In this document: one piece after another, positions 9,721 to 19,628 of the stretch | Position numbering within the stretch: the stretch's first letter is position 1 | How the letters are laid out: every line of letters begins with the position of its first letter | NCBI GenBank assembly: GCA_963760605.1 | Contig: CAVXFA010000058.1 | Coordinates: 14,790-78,789, forward strand | DNA length: 64,000 nt | Reading direction: 5' to 3' | Origin: an uncultured delta proteobacterium | Lineage (GTDB): Bacteria > Desulfobacterota > SM23-61 | The notes under the pieces: model-generated | What the model was told of the DNA's origin: nothing | The model's database searches: none | The model's input: the letters and a program-made list of their open reading frames with translations, nothing else | Program-made: the position numbers and the translations under genes

Positions 9721-11037
9721 TTAAAAGAAAGAATCTTCTCTGTTTCCTTGAGACTTGTTACCGCTGCTATTTATAGGTCGTTTTTTTCTCCTTATGGGTG
9801 AATCCGCTTTAAGAGAATCGTAAAGAGATAAGATTTTTTTGGCAATAATTGGCCAACCGAATTGCTTGACTCTGGCCCTTGCTGCCGCGACCAGCTTCCT
9901 TTTCAGAGAGGGGGTCTCGATGACCTCGCGGATTCGTTCGGCCAGCAACAGCCAATCTCCTTCCGGAACTAAGATCCCAGTTTGGCCATCCTCTACTGTG
10001 TACTGGAGTCCCCCAACCCGAGAAGCGATCACTGGCGTACCGCAGGCCATAGCTTCTAAAGCCACCATGCCGAAGGATTCGTAGCGCGAGGGTAGGACAA
10101 GGGCTTCCGCTGCCGAATAGAAGTAGGGGAGCAAATCCTGCCGCTGAGATCCCCAAAAGGCGATGCGGTCCTGTAGCTTCATCCGGGCAACCATCCTCCG
10201 TAACCGTTGCATTTCCTCGTTTTCAGTTTGCGGGTCTACATCCAGTTCTCCTCCGATAATGATGACCCCTAGTTCCCGACTGCCTCTCATCGGTTTACGG
10301 GAAAGGTGGTGGATGGCCTGGATTAATACATCAATTCCCTTTATGGCATCGATGCGCCCGACGAAAAGAATGAACTGCCTTTGCGAAAGTCCAAGGAACT
10401 TTTGGGCCTTTAATGAAGGGATGGGTTTGAAGAGGTTCAGATCCACCCCACAGGGGATCACTTTGATTTTTGCAGGTTGGGCTTGGTGGTGAAGGATCAT
10501 CTGCTCTCTTTCCCATGGACTCGGCGCGACCAAGCAATCGGCAAAATCCATGATTTGTCCCTCGATCGCCAACCTCCCCTGTGGCTCTTTCTCTTCTTTT
10601 TTTCTATTCACAGCATTTTTTAGGGCCCCCAGAGTGTGGAACATATGCACCAAGGGGATGGACCATTGGCGCTTCAGTTGGCCTCCGACCCATCCGGAAA
10701 GCCAATAATGGGAGTGTACCAAATCGTAAGAAATTTTTTCTGATTCGGCGAATTGCCTGACTCCCGAGATAAACTTTGGCAAATACTGGAGAAGCTCGTT
10801 CTTGAGAACCGGTTCTTCGGGCCCAGCCTTGAGGTGGATGACCCGGGCGTTTCGGCCGAGATGAACGATGCGGGAGATGTGGGGGTTCTGCGAGCGAGTG
10901 AACACATCGATTCGCAATCCCAGACGGGTCATTTGCCGGCTCAACTCGCGAACGTAGACGTTCATTCCTCCCGTTTCCTTCCCGCCGAGGGCAGCGAGAG
11001 GGCAACTATGCACGCTAAGGACGGCGACGTGTTTCAT
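9721..11037 (-). CDS. mshA: GT4 glycosyltransferase, MshA-like (D-inositol-3-phosphate glycosyltransferase family)
   Basis: VAVLSVHSCPLA..GGMNVYV, HSHYWLSG, HTLGALKN, FVGRI, ESFGMVALEAMACGTPV. Confidence 0.8.
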   Translation of the reverse strand: MKHVAVLSVHSCPLAALGGKETGGMNVYVRELSRQMTRLGLRIDVFTRSQNPHISRIVHLGRNARVIHLKAGPEEPVLKNELLQYLPKFISGVRQFAESEKISYDLVHSHYWLSGWVGGQLKRQWSIPLVHMFHTLGALKNAVNRKKEEKEPQGRLAIEGQIMDFADCLVAPSPWEREQMILHHQAQPAKIKVIPCGVDLNLFKPIPSLKAQKFLGLSQRQFILFVGRIDAIKGIDVLIQAIHHLSRKPMRGSRELGVIIIGGELDVDPQTENEEMQRLRRMVARMKLQDRIAFWGSQRQDLLPYFYSAAEALVLPSRYESFGMVALEAMACGTPVIASRVGGLQYTVEDGQTGILVPEGDWLLLAERIREVIETPSLKRKLVAAARARVKQFGWPIIAKKILSLYDSLKADSPIRRKKRPINSSGNKSQGNREDSFF

Positions 11038-12038
11038 TCTTTGATGACTCGAATGCGAAAGATTTTTTCCTCCTTTCCTCCCAGATGATACTTGTAGTCC
11101 TCCCTCCCCCTCAAGAAATTAAAACTAGCCATCCCCTTATCGATGGCCTGGCGAATACAATGAGCGGCCAGAACAATCCCCGGACTGAACCGGGCAAACT
11201 GAGGGTCATAGCCTGAATTGTAAACGTATTCCGTCCCCGCAAAATCGAAAGAAAGAAACGCGGCCACCTCTTTCCCCCCGACTTTTAAAAAAGATAAATT
11301 CAGCCAGCCCCTTTCCTGGAAGCGGATGGATACATCGCGAAAGAAAGCCTGCATCTCTGGGCTCATGAACTGCGCCTTATCTTTCCGGCTTTTTCGGTGG
11401 AGATCAAAAAAAATTTCCATTTCTCTGAAAAGGGGGGGAGTTCCCTCGACCCCCGATATTTCGCAAGAGACTTCTCTCTCCATCCGGCGCATTTTTCGGC
11501 GGAGCTCGTGCCGGTCCTTGGAATTTAATCTTTCCAAAAACATCTCCCAAGTTGCCGGCAGGTCTAGATAAAGGGCAACTTCCTCAACTTCCTGAACCAC
11601 TCGAAAGCCAAAGGATTGCATGAGGGGGGGCAAAAATTGAGCTGTCGGGGAGAACTCGGAGGTTCCGTTGAGCTCCAAATATCCCCAAGGTCCTTCTCCG
11701 AAGAAACGTCCCAGGGCGCCAAAAGCTTCTTCTTCCCGGCCAGAGGCGATGACCAGGTCCCGGTAATCGCAAACGTCTTTACTGCCGACCAAAGTGAGCC
11801 CCTGCTGCCCTTCCTCTCCCGTGGAGGTTGAGAAGGCCCCAACGGCAAGCAAGGCCCCCTCCAGAGCCCGAAAAAGGATGATCTTGGCCTCAAGGGATCT
11901 ACCAAAATGCTTCAGCCAAATTTCAATCCAAAGCGGAGTGAGGAAGGGATTCTGAAAGCGGCTACTAGAGAGGAGAGCTTCCCACTCCCGCATCGAAGCC
12001 TCTGAGTAGGAGTTTGCCTCCAGCAACTCGATGGTCAC
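11034..12038 (-). CDS. GNAT-family acyltransferase (CelD/BcsL-like)
   Basis: FLTPLWIEIW, KDRHELRRKMRR, YNSGYDP..FSPGIVL, FNFLRGREDYKY motifs. Confidence 0.85.
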   Translation of the reverse strand: MTIELLEANSYSEASMREWEALLSSSRFQNPFLTPLWIEIWLKHFGRSLEAKIILFRALEGALLAVGAFSTSTGEEGQQGLTLVGSKDVCDYRDLVIASGREEEAFGALGRFFGEGPWGYLELNGTSEFSPTAQFLPPLMQSFGFRVVQEVEEVALYLDLPATWEMFLERLNSKDRHELRRKMRRMEREVSCEISGVEGTPPLFREMEIFFDLHRKSRKDKAQFMSPEMQAFFRDVSIRFQERGWLNLSFLKVGGKEVAAFLSFDFAGTEYVYNSGYDPQFARFSPGIVLAAHCIRQAIDKGMASFNFLRGREDYKYHLGGKEEKIFRIRVIKE

Positions 12039-12661
12039 TCATGTTCTCCCGTTATCCCCTGGGGGACGGGATAGAAGGGGGTCGCTTTTTCCCGCCCAAC
12101 CGTGGTCTCCAAACCATGCCCTGGGTAAATGATCGTATCCTCAGGGAGGACGAAAATTTTCGCGTAAATGGAGGATAGGATCAACCGCTCATCGGCTCCA
12201 GGGATCGCCGTATTGCCAGGGCCATGGGGGAAAATCGTATCTCCGCTGAAGAGTATTTTCTTGGTAAGAAAGCAGACCCCGCCCGGGGAATGGCCTGGCG
12301 TGTGCAAAACCTTGAGGGTTACATCTCCGAATGTTAGCAGCTGCCCGTCTTCCAGGGAGAATTCCGGCGGTTTTTTCAAGGCGCTGGCATCGCGCGGATG
12401 GATGCCCACAGGGGCCCTAGCATAATTCCTAACCTCTTCCAAACCCCGGATATGGTCCATGTGGCCGTGGGTGATCAGGATATACCGCACCTTTGTTTTC
12501 CTGGTTTCCTCCAAGATGCGTTTGGCCTCGCCTGCTGGGTCAATAATCACACTCTCCTGCGTTCGCGGGCAGATCAGAATGTAACAATTGTTTCCCCAAG
12601 AACCTACTTCTAGCCTTTTGAGTTCCATCCAATTCCTCCAAACCATGTGAGCAGAGGGCAT
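12035..12661 (-). CDS. Metallo-beta-lactamase-fold hydrolase (glyoxalase II-like)
   Basis: THGHMDH, HTPGHSPG, SGDT, PGHG motifs. Confidence 0.92.
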   Translation of the reverse strand: MPSAHMVWRNWMELKRLEVGSWGNNCYILICPRTQESVIIDPAGEAKRILEETRKTKVRYILITHGHMDHIRGLEEVRNYARAPVGIHPRDASALKKPPEFSLEDGQLLTFGDVTLKVLHTPGHSPGGVCFLTKKILFSGDTIFPHGPGNTAIPGADERLILSSIYAKIFVLPEDTIIYPGHGLETTVGREKATPFYPVPQGITGEHE

Positions 12662-12761
12662 AGAGCAAAGGGCATAGAAAAAAATTATATAAATGCCGTT
12701 TTTGCCTTTTAGGCTTTGTGCCTTGCCTTATGTCCCCTCCCCTATGCGCTATGCTCTATGC
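12649..12761. repeat. Intergenic inverted short-unit repeat (GAGCA/GGGCATAG ... CTATGC)
   Basis: gagcagagggcatagagcaaagggcatag on the left and ctatgcgctatgctctatgc on the right are complementary units of about 7 nt. Confidence 0.55.
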
Positions 12762-12765
12762 TTCT

Positions 12766-13698
12766 TTAGAACCCGCTGAAGGGAACAGGAATGAAAGTCA
12801 AAATAAAAACGGCCACAGTCAACCATCCCATGACCATACGTTTCCTGTCCAAAGGGACCCGCCAGTCCACCGGCTGAGGGTGACGGAAGCCCATGATGAA
12901 GAGAAGAAGGCCCCAGAGAAGCCATCCCGGCCAGCCAAAAATTCCAAGAGCCAAAAGGGCCAAGAAAACGTATTTGGATATTTTATTTTGCCTCTCCCCC
13001 AGGAGGGCATAGGCCACATGCCCTCCATCCAGTTGGCCGATGGGTAGGAGATTAAAGGAGGTAACCAAAAGGCCAATCCATCCTGCAAACCCAACGGGGT
13101 GGATGACAATATCGAACCCTGCAGGAACGGGCCCTACGACCAACCAACTGATCAAGGAAAGCAGAAGGGAAGAACCCAAAGTAAGCCCCATATGGCCCTG
13201 CACCATTTTCACTACCGAAAGATGAAAGCCAAGAATGAGGAATGGAATTGAAACCACAACTCCTACCAAGGGGCCGGCCGCTCCAACATCCAAAAGCATC
13301 TTCCGATCGCGGACGGGAGAACGCATTTTGATGAAAGCCCCGAATGTTCCAATAATAAAGGGCAAGGGAGGAGCCGGGATGAAATAGGGCAACGTGACAT
13401 TCAGACCATGTTTCCTGGCGATAAGATAATGACCTAATTCATGAGCTAGGAGGATTCCCATCAGAGAGAAGGAAAAGGGAATCCCCTTGAAAATGTGTGC
13501 GGGATTCTTTAAAGGATCCGCTCCTTCATGCCAGGCCCCCGCCAAAAGGGTCGTAAATACCGTAAGGAAAAAAAGGATGATATTTACAGCGATGCGCGGC
13601 TTTGGGGGTGAAGAGACCCGCAGAGGCTCATCTTCCCAACTTTCAAGCCAGGGTAGCGCCTTTCTTTCTCTTCTAATCCAAAATTTTCTAAAATCCAT
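12766..13698 (-). CDS. Site-2 protease family (M50) intramembrane metalloprotease
   Basis: AHELGH zinc motif, NLLPIGQLDGGH, multiple TM segments. Confidence 0.93.
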   Translation of the reverse strand: MDFRKFWIRRERKALPWLESWEDEPLRVSSPPKPRIAVNIILFFLTVFTTLLAGAWHEGADPLKNPAHIFKGIPFSFSLMGILLAHELGHYLIARKHGLNVTLPYFIPAPPLPFIIGTFGAFIKMRSPVRDRKMLLDVGAAGPLVGVVVSIPFLILGFHLSVVKMVQGHMGLTLGSSLLLSLISWLVVGPVPAGFDIVIHPVGFAGWIGLLVTSFNLLPIGQLDGGHVAYALLGERQNKISKYVFLALLALGIFGWPGWLLWGLLLFIMGFRHPQPVDWRVPLDRKRMVMGWLTVAVFILTFIPVPFSGF

Positions 13699-14261
13699 TT
13701 TCTTCTCTACCGGCCCAGGATCCCTTGATCGGCGATGAAGCGGGGATAGAATATAGAGTTAAAATTCTTTATCTTCTCCAATTCTCAACGCTCTAAGAAG
13801 CTGAAATGTGTCGTTAATTCTCGGGAAACGATCCGAGAACCTTTCCGCTTCTTCAGAAGAAAATAGGGTAAACCACAGAGGTAAGGGATGAAAATGGAAA
13901 AAATAGGAAATGTCCGCTCCATTATTTAAAATAACAAAAGGCTCGGCTGCAAGCAACATGAAATTCTGGTTGCCTCCCAGTCAGCCTCATTCCTTGCCCC
14001 CCTGCCTCTTGAATTTACCTTTTATTGGAACCCGGGTGGAACGGCGGAGAACGCGGGCGGAATTGGCGGGAAATGATCCTACTCAAGCCGATCGCTCTGA
14101 TTCCGTGATGGGCGGCGGGGAAAAGGAGAGAGGGCTTGGCAATCTCTTCCTCCCCAGGTGAGGAGGGGCTGCGCTCAGCGTCTCCCCGCCTGGTCCCGGA
14201 AAACTATTTCGAATTCATGAACGAAAACGAAAATTGAAGGGTGGCAAGGGCTCTTTTCTCC

Positions 14262-14290
14262 TTGAATAATTCCAGAAGCTGCGGTATAAA
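14262..14290 (+). promoter_or_regulatory. Candidate sigma-70 promoter for cvpA
   Basis: TTGAAT, 17 nt spacer, TATAAA, about 20 nt upstream of the start. Confidence 0.45.
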
Positions 14291-14310
14291 TTCCCCAGCA
14301 GGGAAAGGCA

Positions 14311-14880
14311 TTGAACACCTTGGACATCATTTTTCTCATCCTTATCGGGGCTTCCGTTCTTTACAGCCTCATCCGCGGGTTGGTGCGCGAGGTCTTTTCT
14401 TTTCTCGCGATTATCTTGGGTTTTTGCGGGGCCAGCTACGGTTATTTAGCCATGGCCAACGGGCTGAGGCGTTGGGTGGAGAATGCGGTCTTCGCTCAAG
14501 TCCTCGGCTTTGTTGTCCTTTTCATCTTCCTGGTTTTGGCGATCAGCCTGCTGGGCAAGGCCCTCTCCCGTTTTGTCAAAAAGACGGACCTGAGTTTGGG
14601 CGATCATCTAGGGGGCGGGGCCTTTGGATTCCTCAAAGCCGTCTTTCTGATTGCCGTGATTCTTCTCGTGCTCACCGCCTTCTTGCCGTCCCGGAGCAAG
14701 GTCCTCTCGGAATCCAAGGTTTCACCCCATGTCTTAGCCATCGCCCGGCAGCTTTCCTTTCTAGTTCCGGAGAAGCTCCGCGCCCTTTACATCGCCAGGG
14801 AGAAGGAGCTCAAAAAATACTGGGCTTCCGAGGAACTGGCCATAGAAAAAATCGAAATAAAAGGAGGGAAAAGAGGATGA
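14311..14880 (+). CDS. cvpA: CvpA family membrane protein
   Basis: TTG start, LDIIFLILI..GLVREVFS, DHLGGGAFGFLK, SKVLSES pattern. Confidence 0.9.
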   Translation: MNTLDIIFLILIGASVLYSLIRGLVREVFSFLAIILGFCGASYGYLAMANGLRRWVENAVFAQVLGFVVLFIFLVLAISLLGKALSRFVKKTDLSLGDHLGGGAFGFLKAVFLIAVILLVLTAFLPSRSKVLSESKVSPHVLAIARQLSFLVPEKLRALYIAREKELKKYWASEELAIEKIEIKGGKRG

Positions 14881-15305
14881 AGAGTTTAACTCTCCTGGCA
14901 AAACGAAAAGGCCTGGCCCCTGGATATCAAGGTGCGGTCACTGGCGGTTGCTTGCTGTTTATCATTGGGGTCGCTGTGTTCGGATACGTGGGATTTAAAG
15001 TTGGCGATGCCTACTGGAACTACTTGGAGGTGCGGCATAAGGTTCGGGAGGCTTTGAATTGGGCGGTTGCCGGTTCACCGAAGGGCGACCCAGAAATTGT
15101 GCAGAAGGTCATTGGCAACGCCCGCGGCGCAGGAACCGAATTTTCCCCTGAGAACATCCAGATCAAACAAACGACGGACACCCTGACCATTATTGTGTCC
15201 TGGGTTCAAGAAGTGGAGTTTCCCTATTATACACTTCCCTTGAAATTTAAGGTGGATCTGAGTGAGGTGAAACGATGGCATAAGGGTGGGCTGATTTTAA
15301 AATGA
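14877..15305 (+). CDS. Hypothetical membrane-anchored protein (DUF4845-like)
   Basis: ATG overlaps the cvpA stop (ATGA). One TM segment (GCLLFIIGVAVFGYVGFKV) is followed by a small exported domain. The ORF-track start at 14241 is spurious upstream extension. Confidence 0.65.
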   Translation: MKSLTLLAKRKGLAPGYQGAVTGGCLLFIIGVAVFGYVGFKVGDAYWNYLEVRHKVREALNWAVAGSPKGDPEIVQKVIGNARGAGTEFSPENIQIKQTTDTLTIIVSWVQEVEFPYYTLPLKFKVDLSEVKRWHKGGLILK

Positions 15306-15425
15306 TAATAGGATAGAAGGAAAATTTCTAACTTACAGACTGGATGGAGGGTTTGGATAGTTCATCCCCAATGAATGGACTTCGAATATTTTATTTCGCC
15401 CCACGAAGGAAGAAGAAAGAAGTCC

Positions 15426-16913
15426 CTAAATGAGGAATTCAGCCACGTGGATGTTATATTCGTTCGGGTCGATGGTCTTCACGATCGATCTTGTGTATGT
15501 TCCAGTCTCTTCATCTAGCTCTCTCAGGTCCACGAGCTTCCCTTTCCGATATTCCCCGTCGCTGTAATAGAGCAGGCAGACCTTTGGCCGCTCGATCAAC
15601 TCCGGCTCCTCCTGGATCTGAACGACGATACCGATCTCGTTGCTATTCAACAAGACCAGGGTCCCGAGAGGGAAAATCCCGATCATATTGATGAAAACTT
15701 TGACCAGCGCGGGATCGAAATCTTTCCCCGCCCTTTCCAGCATGAGTCCCAAGATTTTCTCAGAGACATAGGGAAATCGACGGTAGACCCTTGGTCTGAT
15801 CAAAGCATCGTAAAAATCAACCAGGGCGGTGATCCTCCCGAAAAGGGTGATATTCCTTTTCCGGGCTAGTTTGGGATAACCGCTCAAATCGTATTTCAGG
15901 TGATGTTCGAAAGCCGCGTCAATCATCCGGGTGGAGAGTTCTCCCCATTCTTTCACCCGGATCACGATCTCCGCTCCGATGAGCGGATGGGAGCGGATCA
16001 TCGTCCATTCCTGGGGGGTTAATTTCTCCGTTTTGTTCAAAACTTCGCTGGGAATCCTCGTCTTGCCAACATCGTGAAGTAGGCCGGCCATGCCCAAATG
16101 GGAGAGGATTTTTTTGGGAAAACCGATCCTTTGGCCCAAGGCGATAGCATAAATGGCTACATTGACCGAGTGGTTGAAAGTGTACTCATCATAGTTCTTG
16201 ATATTGGCCAATCCTAACAAAGCGGACTCGTCCTGCATGATGGAATTGACCGCATTCTGCATCAGGTGTTTGGCTTTACGGATGTTGAGCAATTTTTGAG
16301 TCTTAACGCCCTCCATGACTTCTTTGACTAAATCGATTGCTTTAAAATAGATTTCTTTGGAGTATCGCTTCTGTTCTTCGGAATCAACATAGAGTTCCTC
16401 ATCTTTGAAAAATTCCAATTTGTCGACATTGATCCCTTGGATCCCCCGCAATTCTAGCTGCTTCCGCACATAAAGGTAGTTGCTCTCATTATTCTCCCCT
16501 AGTCCGGAAAGGATGAAAACGAAATCTTTTAGGGTTCCCCCCGACACCTCAGCGCTAAACTCCAGTTCCCCGATCCATCGTTTTTCCATCTCCTTAGAAA
16601 AAGTCTTAAAGATGGCATATTTATCGGCCTTTACCGGAACCCGGATATTGTTGAAGAAGAAATTCTCCCGGATGATTTTCAGCAAAAGATGGCCCTCGGA
16701 TTTGATGAAAGGGTTGATGGCTTGCAAACAGTCTTGGGTCAGCCGATCGATAAGGTCGTTATTTTGATCATAAATAGTGGCTCCCCTGAGCAGGCGATAG
16801 AACCTTGAGATAAATTCCGTCCCCAGGGTCGTAGGCAGGTTTTCATGGTCGAAGAAAGTTTGCACCTCTTTCGAATCTTCACGCCTCCTCCCTTCCCTTA
16901 TTTGTGCAGTCAT
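15426..16913 (-). CDS. HD-GYP domain protein (probable c-di-GMP phosphodiesterase)
   Basis: YTFNHSVNV, LLHDVGK, HHLKYDLSGYP, DFYDAL..R.Y motifs. Confidence 0.92.
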   Translation of the reverse strand: MTAQIREGRRREDSKEVQTFFDHENLPTTLGTEFISRFYRLLRGATIYDQNNDLIDRLTQDCLQAINPFIKSEGHLLLKIIRENFFFNNIRVPVKADKYAIFKTFSKEMEKRWIGELEFSAEVSGGTLKDFVFILSGLGENNESNYLYVRKQLELRGIQGINVDKLEFFKDEELYVDSEEQKRYSKEIYFKAIDLVKEVMEGVKTQKLLNIRKAKHLMQNAVNSIMQDESALLGLANIKNYDEYTFNHSVNVAIYAIALGQRIGFPKKILSHLGMAGLLHDVGKTRIPSEVLNKTEKLTPQEWTMIRSHPLIGAEIVIRVKEWGELSTRMIDAAFEHHLKYDLSGYPKLARKRNITLFGRITALVDFYDALIRPRVYRRFPYVSEKILGLMLERAGKDFDPALVKVFINMIGIFPLGTLVLLNSNEIGIVVQIQEEPELIERPKVCLLYYSDGEYRKGKLVDLRELDEETGTYTRSIVKTIDPNEYNIHVAEFLI

Positions 16914-16928
16914 CAGACTCTCAAGTCC

Positions 16929-18713
16929 TTAGAGCGCAAGACGCTCCGCGGCCTGCAGGCAAGCTTGCCGAACGTTGTGGTTTTTTGAATTCTTCCCTGA
17001 TTTCAAGACGGACTTTGCTTCCAGGGTTCCGATCAGGGCCAAGGCATTCGCGGCTCCCATGCGAATTTCCACCTTCTTCTTCCTGTCGAACCAACCTCTT
17101 TGTTCCAATAATTTCTGAAGGGGCCGGACGGCCTCATCGCAGCCGCTCATCCCGATCGCGTCGAAGAAGGCTTTTATTTCGGCCTTCTCCTTCTTGGGGA
17201 ACTCCTTTGATTGGACCACTTCTAAGAGATGAGGCAGACTGGCTTTTTTCCCCACCTTCGCAAGATTCAGGGCCGCCATGCTCCGAATCCGTACATCCAG
17301 ATCATCAAGGGCCTTCACCAGTAATCCAAAAGCCTTGCTCCCGCCGATTGTCCCTAACGCCTGGACAGCCTCTCTCCTGACCCTCGCTTCTCCATGATTA
17401 CAGCCTTTTTGGACGTACGGGAGGGCCTGCTCTTTCCCGACCCGGGCCAAGATGTAGATAATATTCCGAACCAGATACCATCGGTGATCATTCATGAAGG
17501 AAGAGATGAGGTCGACGCTGTTCTTTCCGATTTCGCAGATGACATCGCATAATACCCTTCTGGCTTTTGAATTAGTGAGTTCCCCCAACAATTGAATCAA
17601 AGACCGGACCGAGTTTGGCCGCAAGAGGGTCAGGTATTTGCTGACCTCTTCCAATTTAACTCCCTTTTCTTTTTCCAGAATTTTACCGATCCGTTCGATC
17701 TGCGGCGGCTCCCCGGCAACCTCAATGAACTGCTGGGTGATTTTGACCTGCCAATTTTCCAATTGATAGGTATTGAGGATGATATAAACTTTGGTCAACA
17801 GGTCGCTGGCTTTCTGAAATTCCCCCAGAGTCAAGAGGGCATCCAAAAGTTTTTGGAGAACATTAACCGCATCCTGGTAGGGTTCCGGCTCTCTTTCCAG
17901 AGCCATGATTTCGAGGAGGATGTCGATAATATTGAACACAGCTGTGGGGGCGGTCTCGGCCTCGGCTTCCTTCCGTAATCTTTCCAATTCATCAGGCGTG
18001 AGGAAATAAACACTTTGATGTGCTGCGATTGGAGGAGGCCCGCTGGTCCTTTCGGAAAGAATCGCCTCTAGGTCGAACCCATCTTCCTCCCCTTCTTCCC
18101 CAAAGTCCGGTTCCACTTTGTGGGCCGGCGGTTCGAATTTTAGATATTTCCTGAATTCTTCCACATTCGTAGGAATGAGGACCGGCATTTCATCCAGGAA
18201 TTGATCCGTGGCCAAATAGCTAATGTGGACAAAATCTGACTCCCACAACAGGGTAACGAGGTCATCTTCCATTTGATCGATTTTGTCGACCCGCTTCAAA
18301 ATATCGACCAGCCCCTGGATTTCCCACTCCTCCAAACTCTCCATAAAACGAAGTTCTCTCAACCCATCTTTGTAAAGGCGAAAGGCCAAGCTGCTATTTA
18401 AGTCTTTGTTTTCATATAAAATCTTTCCTTTGAAGGAGAAATCATATTCTCCGATCTGGAAAATAAAAGAATGAAATTTATTCAAGAAGAGTTGGAATTT
18501 CCTGAAAAGTTGGTTTCGAAAATCATTGAGGGAAGGATTTTCGGGTGGATATAAACGAAATGCCTTTATGGTTTTAACGAAGGTCGACATCAAATCTCTG
18601 GCTAGAAGGAGCGACTCATCGAGCTCCTCGCCTTCGATCGGCGGCACCTCCCCCGAGAGATCGATTGCCTTTTTATCCTCTTCCACCTCTGCGGGTATGA
18701 CTCCTTTTCCCAA
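16929..18713 (-). CDS. HEAT-repeat protein with uncharacterised N-terminal domain
   Basis: Repeated WYLVRNIIYILARVG, RVRREAVQALG, VRIRSMAALNLA helical units. Confidence 0.88.
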   Translation of the reverse strand: MGKGVIPAEVEEDKKAIDLSGEVPPIEGEELDESLLLARDLMSTFVKTIKAFRLYPPENPSLNDFRNQLFRKFQLFLNKFHSFIFQIGEYDFSFKGKILYENKDLNSSLAFRLYKDGLRELRFMESLEEWEIQGLVDILKRVDKIDQMEDDLVTLLWESDFVHISYLATDQFLDEMPVLIPTNVEEFRKYLKFEPPAHKVEPDFGEEGEEDGFDLEAILSERTSGPPPIAAHQSVYFLTPDELERLRKEAEAETAPTAVFNIIDILLEIMALEREPEPYQDAVNVLQKLLDALLTLGEFQKASDLLTKVYIILNTYQLENWQVKITQQFIEVAGEPPQIERIGKILEKEKGVKLEEVSKYLTLLRPNSVRSLIQLLGELTNSKARRVLCDVICEIGKNSVDLISSFMNDHRWYLVRNIIYILARVGKEQALPYVQKGCNHGEARVRREAVQALGTIGGSKAFGLLVKALDDLDVRIRSMAALNLAKVGKKASLPHLLEVVQSKEFPKKEKAEIKAFFDAIGMSGCDEAVRPLQKLLEQRGWFDRKKKVEIRMGAANALALIGTLEAKSVLKSGKNSKNHNVRQACLQAAERLAL

Positions 18714-18808
18714 CTTTTTTTTGAGATAATTTTATTTTACTTCTTTACCAGAATATGTCAATTTTTTTTACAAGGCGCAGGATTCTCAAGGTCCCCGTGA
18801 ACCCCAAG

Positions 18809-18837
18809 TTGACAAATCCCTCTCAGGGTGTTAAAAA
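18809..18837 (+). promoter_or_regulatory. Candidate sigma-70 promoter for the tRNA
   Basis: TTGACA, 17 nt spacer, TAAAAA, 16 nt upstream of the tRNA 5' end. Confidence 0.5.
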
Positions 18838-18853
18838 TAAATTCAAAAGGCAT

Positions 18854-18930
18854 GGGCGATTAGCTCAGGTGGATAGAGCGTTGGTCTCCGGAACCAAAGG
18901 CCGTGGGTTCGAATCCCGCATCGCCCACCA
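18854..18930 (+). tRNA. tRNA-Arg(CCG)
   Basis: Acceptor stem GGGCGAT/ATCGCCC with encoded CCA, D-loop with A20, anticodon arm TTGGT-CTCCGGA-ACCAA, T-loop GTTCGAATC. Confidence 0.97.
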
Positions 18931-19628
18931 GTAAAAACAATTATTTAGTCCCAACTCTCGTTTGCTTTTGGGGTACTAAAAAGCCGTCTGCAAAGCCAAA
19001 CCTATCCCCAACAAGGGACAAAACCTCGCCCGATCATGCGGAATAATCTGTAGGGACAATCCAGGATGATAAATTGGGCAAGGGTCCAGGAATTTCTCCC
19101 ATTGTTCATAGCATTCTATTCGGTTGCGGATCTTTCTTTCTTTAAGATATTTTGAAGCTTTAGAGAGAATTTATCAATTTTATCTTGCCCCTATGCAAAG
19201 GTCATAAGATATTCTGACCAGGCCGCTCCCATTTTCAGAGTACCGGGGAATCCGGCCCTCTATGGAAAGGGGGGGCAGTGCATAGGTTGCATCCCATTAC
19301 TCTGCGGGGGGAAAAAGGATCATCTTTCTAAGAAAATCTCTCAGGGGGAGGTTTTATCCTGACCAGCCTCTGCGGCGGGTTCACCTGGCGGGAAGTTTCC
19401 TGCTTTTTAATGTCAACTCATTTTTTTGCGCTTACTCACTGGATACCCTGATATCCCTCCGATCCGGGCCAAAAATACATACGGTAAAACTGCGCCTCCG
19501 GCCAGGGGGAAAACCGACCGCCGGGATCTTGCCGAGAAATTTTTTCCCCCTCAAACCCTCCTGTAACTCCTTCATGTTACGTTCCAATGCCTAAGGAATC
19601 TCTGTAAGATTTTCTCATCCTGTAAGCG

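Noticed and set aside
13700-14260. About 550-nt gap with short ORFs between the site-2 protease and cvpA
   Set aside because: No recognisable protein or RNA motif in any frame; treated as divergent promoter region or unidentifiable remnant.
14241-14876. N-terminal 210 aa of the 354-aa plus-strand ORF
   Set aside because: Overlaps cvpA out of frame; the real gene starts at 14877.
18931-19628. tRNA-Arg as an integration site with a prophage/ICE remnant
   Set aside because: No integrase fragment was found and no duplicated tRNA 3' end (att) was noticed in the window; translations of the gap were uninformative.
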